From an uncultured Candidatus Saccharibacteria bacterium (GTDB taxonomy: Bacteria > Patescibacteriota > Minisyncoccia > JBAYJV01): a DNA stretch of 59,450 bases. Position 1 is the first letter of the stretch. Each line of letters begins with the position of its first letter. The DNA lies in the NCBI GenBank assembly GCA_964577395.1, contig CAZNYQ010000004.1:1-59450 (forward strand), in the 5' to 3' direction. Made by a program: the position numbers and the translations under genes. Below the pieces are notes generated by a model. It was not told the origin of the DNA and made no database searches. It saw only the letters and a list, made by a program, of their open reading frames with translations. This document shows positions 1-7,951 of this stretch, in pieces.

Positions 1-1
1 T

Positions 2-31
2 AAAAACCGCTAGTCCTCCTAGCGGTTTTTT
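2..31. terminator. Bidirectional intrinsic terminator-like hairpin
   Basis: AAAAACCGCTAG (2-13) / CTAGCGGTTTTT (19-30) perfect inverted repeat with T tracts on both strands. Confidence 0.75.
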
Positions 32-155
32 CTATATGTTTGAAGAACAAATTTAGTCTAGAACCCCCTCGTCGAGGTCCGAAACAAGGGAGTGTATTAA
101 AAAGATACAATCCACTTATGCTCCCCGACAAAGGGAGTTCGTAGACATGTTGGCA
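32..155 (-). ncRNA. Candidate structured small RNA (rod-like)
   Basis: Minus-strand TTGACA-16-TATCAT upstream; closing helix GUCUA(C)GAACUCCC/GGGGGUUC-UAGAC spanning 56-146, G-U pairs favour the minus strand; terminator at 2-31. Confidence 0.4.
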
Positions 156-161
156 ATAATT

Positions 162-189
162 ATGATAACTAAAGATTATTATTTGTCAA
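162..189 (-). promoter_or_regulatory. sigma70-like promoter
   Basis: TTGACA (189-184), 16-nt spacer, TATCAT (167-162). Confidence 0.5.
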
Positions 190-250
190 GTTTTTATCAA
201 AAAAGAAGAGGGATAATTATCTAAATTATCCCTCTCTCACAGATTCTTCT

Positions 251-590
251 TCAGTCGTCTACAATTTGTTTCACCAGATCAACTGGAGTGGGAAAATCTG
301 CAGACAAACACAGTTTTTCTCCTATTATCTCTATTATCTTATCCCTACGCAGTAGGAGTTTTCCTTGCCTCATTAAAGACTCAAGAAGTAAAACAGTTCT
401 CTGTATCGTCCACGACACATAATATGTCCCCTTTCCAGTTCGAGTAGCAATGAAATCAACGATTTCTTCTCTCTCTGTCTGTGTGCACATGTAGTGAATC
501 CTCCCTTGTTTCGGATTAGCGCAAGGTGGCGAAAATGACAAACGCGCTTCCTCAAACAAGTGAAGAATCTGTTTTTTCTCTATGCTACAT
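251..590 (-). pseudogene. Hypothetical protein; SD-led ATG (590) is 1 nt out of frame with the 102-aa ORF 251..559
   Basis: GAGGGGTGA-TAA-ATG-TAG; removing one base gives MSIEKKQILHLFEEARL... continuous with the ORF; own promoter at 616-643. Confidence 0.4.
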
Positions 591-615
591 TTATCACCCC
601 CTCTTTATCTTTTTT

Positions 616-643
616 ATTATACACTATTTCACTTTAGAGTCAA
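616..643 (-). promoter_or_regulatory. sigma70-like promoter
   Basis: TTGACT (643-638), 16-nt spacer, TATAAT (621-616). Confidence 0.6.
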
Positions 644-716
644 GCTATATTGTGGATAAGTTGCGTAAAACTATGAATAATATTATTATGAAATGAGACT
701 TTAAATTTATTAAAAA

Positions 717-2594
717 ATGCAGATTCTTAAAGTTATTCCTACAACTAAGATTCCTATGCCTAGAAATCAACTGCTAACATATTTTTCTTCTAAAGATGTT
801 CAAGCTGGCAGTTTGGTTAAAATAAACTTACGCAATAGAAATATTTTGGCTTTAGTTATGCAAGCAGACCATTTAAAAGCAACGAAAATGAATGTCCGGC
901 AAGCTAATTTTTCTTTAAAAAAAATTCAAGAAATTGTTTCTAATAAAGAAATGATTAGAAAGGAATTAAGGAATTTAATCTTATGGACAGGAATGTATTA
1001 TTGGGAACCCTTGGGATTATTAACTAAAAGAATTCTACCAACCCAATCTCTTAAAAAATGGCAGCAATTAGATAGCTATAAAAATTCTTTAAAACCTAAA
1101 AAAATTAGAAAATATTTCTATAACAATTTAAACAAAAAACAACTTACAAAAATATTGAGTAATTTAGATAAAAAAGAGCAAGTTCTTTTTCTCTATCCTG
1201 AGATAAGTAAATTGAAAGAAGCTTTTAATTTTTTTAAAGAAAATTTTAACAAAGAAATAGCTCTTTTTCACAGTAATTTAAAAACAAGAGAAAAATGGTT
1301 TAATTGGAAATTAATTTATGAAGGTAGAGCTCAAATTATTTTAGCTACGCGCCAAGGAGTTTTTTTACCTTTTTTAAATCTTACTAAAATTATTATTAAT
1401 GAAGAAGACAGCTCTTCATATAAATCTTGGGATCAGCATCCTAAAATTAATGCTAAACATGTTGCTTTTAAATTAGCAGAGATATACGGAGCTCAGCTTA
1501 TCTTAATTTCACAAGCCTTGTCTCTTGAAACTTATTGGAAACTTAAAGCAAAACATTATCAACAAAAAACTACTCTATTTAAACCTAATTTTAATAAATG
1601 TCGCGTAATAGATATGCGACAAAAGCTAGAAAGCAACAATTTTCAATATATTTCCCAGGAATTACAAAAATTTATTTCTCAAGCTCTTAAAAAAAAGAAA
1701 AAAATCTTGCTTATTCAAAATAGAAAAGGTTCGGCCACTTATGTATTTTGCAAAGATTGCGGTTTTTTCTATAAATGTCCTAATTGCGATACTTCATTGA
1801 CTTATCACGAAGATAAGCAAAAACTTGTTTGTCACCTATGTGGTCATGAAGAAAACTTGCCTGATGTTTGCGCTAAGTGCCATGGAGCTAATTTAAAATA
1901 CGCTGGATATGGCACTCAAAGATTAAAAAAAGAAATTAAAACACTTTTTCCGACGACTCAAGCTCTTTTGCTTGATAATGACATAGCACCTACCCATGAA
2001 GATAAAGAAAAAATCTATGAAGAATTTTTAAAAAATCCTCAAAAGAATATTTTAGTAGCAACTAAAACTATTCTAAGCTTACCACTTAAAAAAATCTTTT
2101 TAGTGGCTTTTTTAAACATTGATCTTATTAAAAACTTTCCTAATTTTTCTATTAATGAAACAACAGTACAATTAATAAAAAATATTACTAATCAATCTTA
2201 TCATACTTTAATTCAAACTTATGATATTGAAGATGAAATTTTACAATTGGTAAAAAATAATGATTATGATACAATATATCAAAATGAGCTTGCGAAAAGG
2301 AAAAGTTCTTCTTATCCACCCTTTTGGCAAATCATTAAATTAACTTATCGCCACAGAAAGGAAAAAGTAAGCCAGCAACAAGCCAGTTTGCTTTTTAATA
2401 AATTAGATAAAATTAATAAAAGTAAATTTACCATTCTTTTAGGACCATTACCTTCAAATCATCCTAAGATCAAGAATTATTATTACAATATTATTGTTTT
2501 AAAAATTAAAAGAGGTCATTTAAAAGAAAGAAATAAATTTTTAAAATTAGTTCCAGCTTCTTGGGACATTAATATTGATCCTTTAGAGATATAA
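717..2594 (+). CDS. priA: Primosomal protein N' (PriA), helicase motifs degenerate
   Basis: N-terminal 3'-DNA-binding-like region, ATRQGVFLP, EEDSSSYK, RKGS followed by four CxxC pairs, C-terminal YPPF motif. Confidence 0.88.
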   Translation: MQILKVIPTTKIPMPRNQLLTYFSSKDVQAGSLVKINLRNRNILALVMQADHLKATKMNVRQANFSLKKIQEIVSNKEMIRKELRNLILWTGMYYWEPLGLLTKRILPTQSLKKWQQLDSYKNSLKPKKIRKYFYNNLNKKQLTKILSNLDKKEQVLFLYPEISKLKEAFNFFKENFNKEIALFHSNLKTREKWFNWKLIYEGRAQIILATRQGVFLPFLNLTKIIINEEDSSSYKSWDQHPKINAKHVAFKLAEIYGAQLILISQALSLETYWKLKAKHYQQKTTLFKPNFNKCRVIDMRQKLESNNFQYISQELQKFISQALKKKKKILLIQNRKGSATYVFCKDCGFFYKCPNCDTSLTYHEDKQKLVCHLCGHEENLPDVCAKCHGANLKYAGYGTQRLKKEIKTLFPTTQALLLDNDIAPTHEDKEKIYEEFLKNPQKNILVATKTILSLPLKKIFLVAFLNIDLIKNFPNFSINETTVQLIKNITNQSYHTLIQTYDIEDEILQLVKNNDYDTIYQNELAKRKSSSYPPFWQIIKLTYRHRKEKVSQQQASLLFNKLDKINKSKFTILLGPLPSNHPKIKNYYYNIIVLKIKRGHLKERNKFLKLVPASWDINIDPLEI

Positions 2595-2602
2595 ATAAAT
2601 TT

Positions 2603-3046
2603 ATGACTAAAGATATTGTTACCCAACCTAACCCAATTTTAAGAAAAAAATCACAAGAAATTAAAGATTTTAGAGCTCCAGAAGTTAAAAAAACTATCCA
2701 AGATTTAAAAGACAGTTTAAAAGATTGCCAAGAAGGTCTTGGCTTAGCTGCTCCTCAAATAGGAGTTAATTTGAGAATTTTTGCTTTGGATTGGGAAGGT
2801 GAAATTAAAATTTTCATAAATCCTAAAATCACTCACCTTTCAAAGAAAAAAAGTCTTCTTACAGAAGGTTGCCTAAGTGTTCCTAATAAAATTGGCAAAA
2901 TTGCTAGAGCTAATAAAGTTATTATGAAATATTATGATGAAGAAGGTAAAAAGCATAAAATGACAGCTAAGGGTTTATTAGCGCAAGCTTTTCAGCACGA
3001 GACAGATCATTTAGATGGCATTCTCTATATCGACAAGGCAGAATAA
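2603..3046 (+). CDS. def: Peptide deformylase
   Basis: GLAAPQIG, EGCLS, QHETDHLDG motifs. Confidence 0.97.
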   Translation: MTKDIVTQPNPILRKKSQEIKDFRAPEVKKTIQDLKDSLKDCQEGLGLAAPQIGVNLRIFALDWEGEIKIFINPKITHLSKKKSLLTEGCLSVPNKIGKIARANKVIMKYYDEEGKKHKMTAKGLLAQAFQHETDHLDGILYIDKAE

Positions 3047-3064
3047 AATATTAAAAAGAAGGCG

Positions 3065-3334
3065 TTACTTAACGCCTTCTTCACACTTCTCTTGAGGTGC
3101 CCCCTGGAGGTAACCTCGAAAATTTACTGTCTTGCCATTTTTTTCATAAATCTTATCGACCAGAACTTCAATTTCATAAGGGACTGGTCTTTTTATTTTA
3201 CAGATAGGGCAATATCCACTATCTGCTAATTGAAAATCGATAGCACGTCCTATCTTAAAATAATCTTCATAAATACACCTCCGGCAAACTCTCAGAAAGA
3301 TTTTATTACCTTCTTGAATATCTTGCATTTGCAT
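3065..3334 (-). CDS. Small hypothetical protein with two CxxC motifs (possible zinc ribbon)
   Basis: CRRC and CPIC; GGAGGG SD before ATG 3334; TTGACT-17-TATCAT promoter (3387-3359); hairpin terminator overlapping the stop. Confidence 0.6.
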   Translation of the reverse strand: MQMQDIQEGNKIFLRVCRRCIYEDYFKIGRAIDFQLADSGYCPICKIKRPVPYEIEVLVDKIYEKNGKTVNFRGYLQGAPQEKCEEGVK

Positions 3335-3438
3335 TTCGCCCTCCAATATACCTAATATATGATAATATAAAAACAATATAAAGTCAAGAGGTAAACTGGA
3401 AAATTAAAAATAGAGCGTTAAATACTCTATTTTTAAAT

Positions 3439-3882
3439 TTAAGAAAGCTTTTTTTGAACAATTTCTTTTACTTCTTTTCCATCAGCTTTTCCTTTGGCTG
3501 TTGCCATTACTTTTCCCATAACCTTGCCCTTGTCTTGGAGAGTTTGCGCGCCTGTTTCTTGAATAGCCTTGTCAATAATTTTCATAAGCTCTTCTGCTGT
3601 TAGTTGTTCGGGAAGATAATTTTGTAATATTTTAAGTTCTTTTTTTTCATTTTCCGCCTTATCAGGTCGATTACCTTTTAAATATAATTCAATAGCATCT
3701 TTTCTTTTTTTTGCTTCGTGAGACAAAACTTGTATGATTCTTTCTTCCGTTAACTCTTGTTCTTTTCCTATCTTAATTTGTTCGTTTTGCAAAGCTGCCA
3801 AAAGACCTCTTAAAACTAAGACTTTCGTTGTCTCTTTACTTTTAAGAGCATTTTTAAGATCTTCGTTTATTTTTTTAAGCAC
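3439..3882 (-). CDS. GatB/YqeY domain protein
   Basis: LRGLLAAL, KKRKDAIELY, ELKILQNYLPEQL, GKVMG pattern; follows rpsU as is usual. Confidence 0.92.
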   Translation of the reverse strand: MLKKINEDLKNALKSKETTKVLVLRGLLAALQNEQIKIGKEQELTEERIIQVLSHEAKKRKDAIELYLKGNRPDKAENEKKELKILQNYLPEQLTAEELMKIIDKAIQETGAQTLQDKGKVMGKVMATAKGKADGKEVKEIVQKKLS

Positions 3883-3908
3883 GGTAGGTTTTAAAGTCAG
3901 AGATTAAG

Positions 3909-4187
3909 CTATTTTTTTTCTTGAAGCTCTTTTCTAATTCTTTCAGGATCTATCTTTTTACCCTTGCTAATTTCTCCAAGTTTAAGCAAACGATGTCTTA
4001 ATTCGCTTACCTTATTGCCCCATAAAGCAGCTTCTTTCCTCTCACGCTTACTTTTGGGATTTTTATGATATCTATTTCTACGAGCTTCATATAAGATACC
4101 GCTCTTTTTGACATTACCTGAAAAACGTCGAATGAGAGAACTAGTATTCTCATTATCTTGACGAGTAACTTTAACCACTAAAAACAC
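3909..4187 (-). CDS. rpsU: 30S ribosomal protein S21 (start may be GTG 4178)
   Basis: VKVTRQDNENTSSLIRRF...KKSGILYEARRNRYHKNPKS; basic; synteny with yqeY-like gene. Confidence 0.8.
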   Translation of the reverse strand: MFLVVKVTRQDNENTSSLIRRFSGNVKKSGILYEARRNRYHKNPKSKRERKEAALWGNKVSELRHRLLKLGEISKGKKIDPERIRKELQEKK

Positions 4188-4238
4188 CTCCTTTAAATGG
4201 TATATTACATTTTAAATTATGAATTAACATAAATATAT

Positions 4239-5603
4239 TTATTTTTTCTTTCTTTTTTTAGAATGCTTAGGTTGAATTTTTTTCTTTTTTCTTTCAGTTT
4301 GTGCTTTTTTTCTTAATGTTTTTTGTCTTTTTAAGGCATCTTTTAAATGTTGAGGTAGTTTTTTAATTTCAACGATTTCCTGTGTTCCACTGAGATCATC
4401 TTTTACAATAACACAATCTTCTAAAGCTTCTTTTTGCGTCACCATAATTAGAAGATCAGACTTTTCTCTTCTAGCTATTTTCTTTTGAGGGTTTAATTTA
4501 TGTTTTGAAAAAGCTTCCCTTATATTAAATCCTTTATCTCTTAATTCTTCCATTAACTTAAGAGCTCTTTTTTGACCAAAATCTCCTAAATGAGCAATAA
4601 AGATTTTTTCCTTTTCTGGCTTAGCGGGGATTATATTAGTTGCTTTCATATAATTAATCAACCTCTCAATACCAAAAGCTGCTCCCGTAGCTGGAATATC
4701 ATTGCCTCCCATAGCCTTGATTAAATAATCATAACGCCCACCTCCACCCAGAGCTTCCTTATTAGCGTATTCTTTGTTATTGGGAAGAATTTCATAAACT
4801 GCTCCGTTGTAATAATCAAGCCCTCTAACAAGAAAAGGACTAAAGACATAGGGTATTTCTAAAAAGTCAAGAAATTCTAATAATCTTTCAAAGTCTTCCC
4901 GGCAATCATCGCACAAAGCATCGATAATTTGAGGGGCTTCATGGGCTATCTGCTGGCATCTTTCATCTTTAATATCAAATATTCTTAAAGGATTCGCACG
5001 GACTTTTTTACGATATTGGGCAGGCAGTTTATTGATTTGTTGTTTTAAATAACTTTTAAGATCTTTTAAATAATCAGGACGACAATCTTGGCATCCAATA
5101 CTATTAATATGCACAGTTAAATCTGAAATTTTTAATTCTTTAAAAATAATAAAAGCCATTTGAATAAGCTGAGCATCTATAATAGGAGCCTTACTTCCAA
5201 TTACTTCAAAGCCAAATTGATGAAATTGGCGTTGACGATTGTGCTGTGGATTTTCATGGCGTAACATCGGACCAATATAGAAAAGTTTAACAGGATGCTG
5301 GCGATTTTTCATACCATTTTCGATATAAGCTCTTACAACTGGAGCTGTTCCTTCAGTTCTTAAAGTTAGCTTGTCGCCTCCCTTAGTTTTAAAAGAAAAC
5401 ATTTCTTTTTCAACTATGTCAGAAGACGCTCCAATACTTTTAACAAAAAGATCGGTGTCTTCTATCATGGGAGTGTCAATCCTTTGAAAATTATAATAAT
5501 AGGAAACCTTTTTTAATGTTTCCCGTATAGCATCCCAATAGATTTGATCTTCAGGCAAAATATCAGTTGTTCCCTTAGGACGGGTATATTTTGGTCTAGG
5601 CAT
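4239..5603 (-). CDS. hisS: Histidyl-tRNA synthetase
   Basis: PKGTTD, LRTEGTAP, RQRQFHQFGFE, LVRGLDYY, GGGRYD motifs. Confidence 0.97.
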   Translation of the reverse strand: MPRPKYTRPKGTTDILPEDQIYWDAIRETLKKVSYYYNFQRIDTPMIEDTDLFVKSIGASSDIVEKEMFSFKTKGGDKLTLRTEGTAPVVRAYIENGMKNRQHPVKLFYIGPMLRHENPQHNRQRQFHQFGFEVIGSKAPIIDAQLIQMAFIIFKELKISDLTVHINSIGCQDCRPDYLKDLKSYLKQQINKLPAQYRKKVRANPLRIFDIKDERCQQIAHEAPQIIDALCDDCREDFERLLEFLDFLEIPYVFSPFLVRGLDYYNGAVYEILPNNKEYANKEALGGGGRYDYLIKAMGGNDIPATGAAFGIERLINYMKATNIIPAKPEKEKIFIAHLGDFGQKRALKLMEELRDKGFNIREAFSKHKLNPQKKIARREKSDLLIMVTQKEALEDCVIVKDDLSGTQEIVEIKKLPQHLKDALKRQKTLRKKAQTERKKKKIQPKHSKKRKKK

Positions 5604-5608
5604 AAAAA

Positions 5609-6166
5609 TTAATTAATATTATAGCTAGGCGCAGCAAAGGCTGTCGCTTGATCAAGAGGCCAAACTCTTAAAAGAGCTCTGCCTATAATATATTCTTCTT
5701 CTAGAGGCCCCCAACGTCTTGAATCAAAGCTATGAAGACGATTATCGCCTAAGACATAATACTCATCATCTTTTAAAGTAACGTTAATATCTCTTAAATC
5801 AGGTGCATTAGCTAAGTAATCATTTTCTTTTAAGGTAAATCCTTGAGGGTTTTCTTTATTATAGATAACAAAATCTCCATTGTTTATTGTAATAGTTTCT
5901 CCGGGCATTCCTATAATACGTTTAATATAGAATTGTTTAGTATTTTGAGGAAAACGAAAAATTATCACTTCTCCTCTCTTAGGAGCTCTTATATGATAAG
6001 AAATCTCATCAATTAAAAGATAATCTTTATCATGGAAATTAGGCTCCATACTAGAGCCTTTTACAAAGAAGGGTTGAATTACATAGTATCTTATAGGTAT
6101 AATGATAATGAGAGAAATTAGAACTATCTGTAAAAATTCCCAAATAGCCTTAACAGTTTTTAACAT
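5609..6166 (-). CDS. lepB: Signal peptidase I
   Basis: N-terminal TM, GSSMEPNF (Ser), YIKRIIG (Lys), GDNRLHSFDSR. Confidence 0.96.
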   Translation of the reverse strand: MLKTVKAIWEFLQIVLISLIIIIPIRYYVIQPFFVKGSSMEPNFHDKDYLLIDEISYHIRAPKRGEVIIFRFPQNTKQFYIKRIIGMPGETITINNGDFVIYNKENPQGFTLKENDYLANAPDLRDINVTLKDDEYYVLGDNRLHSFDSRRWGPLEEEYIIGRALLRVWPLDQATAFAAPSYNIN

Positions 6167-6232
6167 AATTTTAAAAATAAAAGAATAAGATTAGACATAT
6201 TTTACCAAAAAAATCTTCTTATTTCAAATTCA

Positions 6233-7219
6233 ATGAAAGAATTTTTTAAAACTTCAAGTTTAGTCGTGATTTTCTTAACTCTCTTAGGGTTATTAATTTT
6301 TTTGCCTCAAAGCCGCGCTTTTGGCACTCAACATTTCCTTCCCTCTTCTTTGATTAATCTGGGACATGTTTTTCGCTTTACATTTGGAAGAAATACTGCT
6401 CTCCAGTCAGACCAAGATGGCTGGACTAATATTTTAGTTATGGGAATACCAGGAGAAGGCAATCCTGCTCCTGAATTAACAGATAGTATTATCTTAGCTT
6501 CTTTTAAGAATGACAAAATTGTTTTTTTATCTATTCCGCGCGATCTCTATGTTAAACCAACTAAAGATAGTTATTACAGAAAAATTAACTCTCTCTTATC
6601 AGCTAATTTTTCTCTCCAGCAGATTAAAGAAGTTATTTATGATATAACAGGACGGCGAGTTCATTATTGTATTACCGTTAATTTAGATTTAATTAAAGCA
6701 TTAACTAGAAAATTAGGTGGAATTAATATTTTAGTTAAAGAAGATATTGTAGACCCTACTTTTCCCGGACCTAATTACAGCTATGATCCTTTTTATTTAA
6801 AAAAGGGTTGGCGGCACTTAGATGCTGAAACAGCTGTAAAATATGTTAGGACACGTTATGATAGTGAAGGTGATTACGGAAGAATGAAAAGACAACAACA
6901 ATTCTTAGCAGCTATTAAGCAAAAAATTTCTAATCTAAACAGTTTTCAAAACTTTGATTTTATTCTTTCTCTCTACCAAGATTTTCAAGAACATATTAAA
7001 ACTGATATGACCATCAATGAGATTAAAAATCTTTGGCAGAAAAGTAAAGATACAGATCTTGCTAATGCTCAAGCAATTCGCTTAACAGCTTCTCAGCCCT
7101 CTCTTTTAAAGGAAAGTTTTGTAAGCACATTTCAGGGTAGAATGTTTGTTTTAGTACCCAGAGCTGGTCTTGGTAATTACACTCAAATTTCTAATTTTAT
7201 TAAACAATATTATGAATGA
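6233..7219 (+). CDS. LCP (LytR-CpsA-Psr) family cell-envelope phosphotransferase
   Basis: TDSIIL, SIPRDLY, KINS, YVRTR, DYGRMKRQQ motifs after an N-terminal TM. Confidence 0.92.
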   Translation: MKEFFKTSSLVVIFLTLLGLLIFLPQSRAFGTQHFLPSSLINLGHVFRFTFGRNTALQSDQDGWTNILVMGIPGEGNPAPELTDSIILASFKNDKIVFLSIPRDLYVKPTKDSYYRKINSLLSANFSLQQIKEVIYDITGRRVHYCITVNLDLIKALTRKLGGINILVKEDIVDPTFPGPNYSYDPFYLKKGWRHLDAETAVKYVRTRYDSEGDYGRMKRQQQFLAAIKQKISNLNSFQNFDFILSLYQDFQEHIKTDMTINEIKNLWQKSKDTDLANAQAIRLTASQPSLLKESFVSTFQGRMFVLVPRAGLGNYTQISNFIKQYYE

Positions 7220-7763
7220 TTTAAAAACAATTTTAATTTTTGGCTTAGGTAATCCAGGAGAAAAACATCACAATAGCCGTCATAATATAGGAAGAGAAAT
7301 AATTAATTTTTTGGTCAAAGAATTTAATACTTCTTTTGAACACAAAAAAAAGCTTAAAAGTTTCTTAGCCGAGGTAAACCAAAATTCTCACAAAATTCTT
7401 TTAGCAAAGACCGAAATGTTTATGAATGAAAGCGGCTATGCTGTCCGGCTTATTAAGGATTATTACAATATTTCTAATCAAAACATTTGGATTATTCAAG
7501 ATGATGTAGATATTGCTTTTGGAAATATCAAGACTTCTTTTGAAAGAAATGCAGCTGGCCATCACGGCATAGAATCAATTATTAAGCATTTAGGTAATAA
7601 TGAATTCCATCGTATCAGGATAGGAATTTGGAACCGACCTTTCTCAGAAAAGAAAAAAGAAATTACTCAAAGTTACGTTATGCAAAAATTTATCCCGGAA
7701 GAATTAGACAAAATATTAGATATAAAAAAAGAAGTAGCTCAAATAATTAAAGCTACTTTTTAA
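7212..7763 (+). CDS. pth: Peptidyl-tRNA hydrolase
   Basis: GLGNPG, RHNIG, FMNESG, DDVD, RIRIGI; start taken at ATG 7212. Confidence 0.94.
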   Translation: MNDLKTILIFGLGNPGEKHHNSRHNIGREIINFLVKEFNTSFEHKKKLKSFLAEVNQNSHKILLAKTEMFMNESGYAVRLIKDYYNISNQNIWIIQDDVDIAFGNIKTSFERNAAGHHGIESIIKHLGNNEFHRIRIGIWNRPFSEKKKEITQSYVMQKFIPEELDKILDIKKEVAQIIKATF

Positions 7764-7909
7764 AAATTCCTTACCTTGTCCTACCTACGAGCGTTAGGAA
7801 TATATGCAGTTGCATCTATCCCTAAACCTTACCGCTGATTACAGAGGTAGGAGGGATCACTCTGCAAATAGCACTCATAGGCAAGACAAGAAGAGGAATT
7901 TTTACTACT
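7762..7909 (-). ncRNA. Candidate 6S-RNA-like rod-shaped RNA
   Basis: Perfect promoter upstream; AAAAAUUCCU/AGGAAUUUUU plus a 19-bp helix CUUGUCUUGCCUAUGAGUG/CGCUCGUAGGUAGGACAAG, an internal bubble and an apical stem. Confidence 0.6.
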
Positions 7910-7915
7910 TTGTAT

Positions 7916-7944
7916 ATTATAATCTTTTAAGTTAAGTTTGTCAA
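7916..7944 (-). promoter_or_regulatory. Consensus sigma70 promoter
   Basis: TTGACA (7944-7939), 17-nt spacer, TATAAT (7921-7916). Confidence 0.8.
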
Positions 7945-7951
7945 TACTTAA

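Noticed and set aside
74-92. GAGGTCCGAAACAAGGGAG resembling SRP RNA helix 8
   Set aside because: The GGAAG-CAG internal-loop half is missing, and promoter orientation and G-U pairs favour the opposite strand
651-659. Perfect DnaA box (TTATCCACA, minus strand) upstream of priA
   Set aside because: Single copy with no cluster or dnaA nearby; by my rough estimate about one such 9-mer is expected by chance in a window this long and AT-rich
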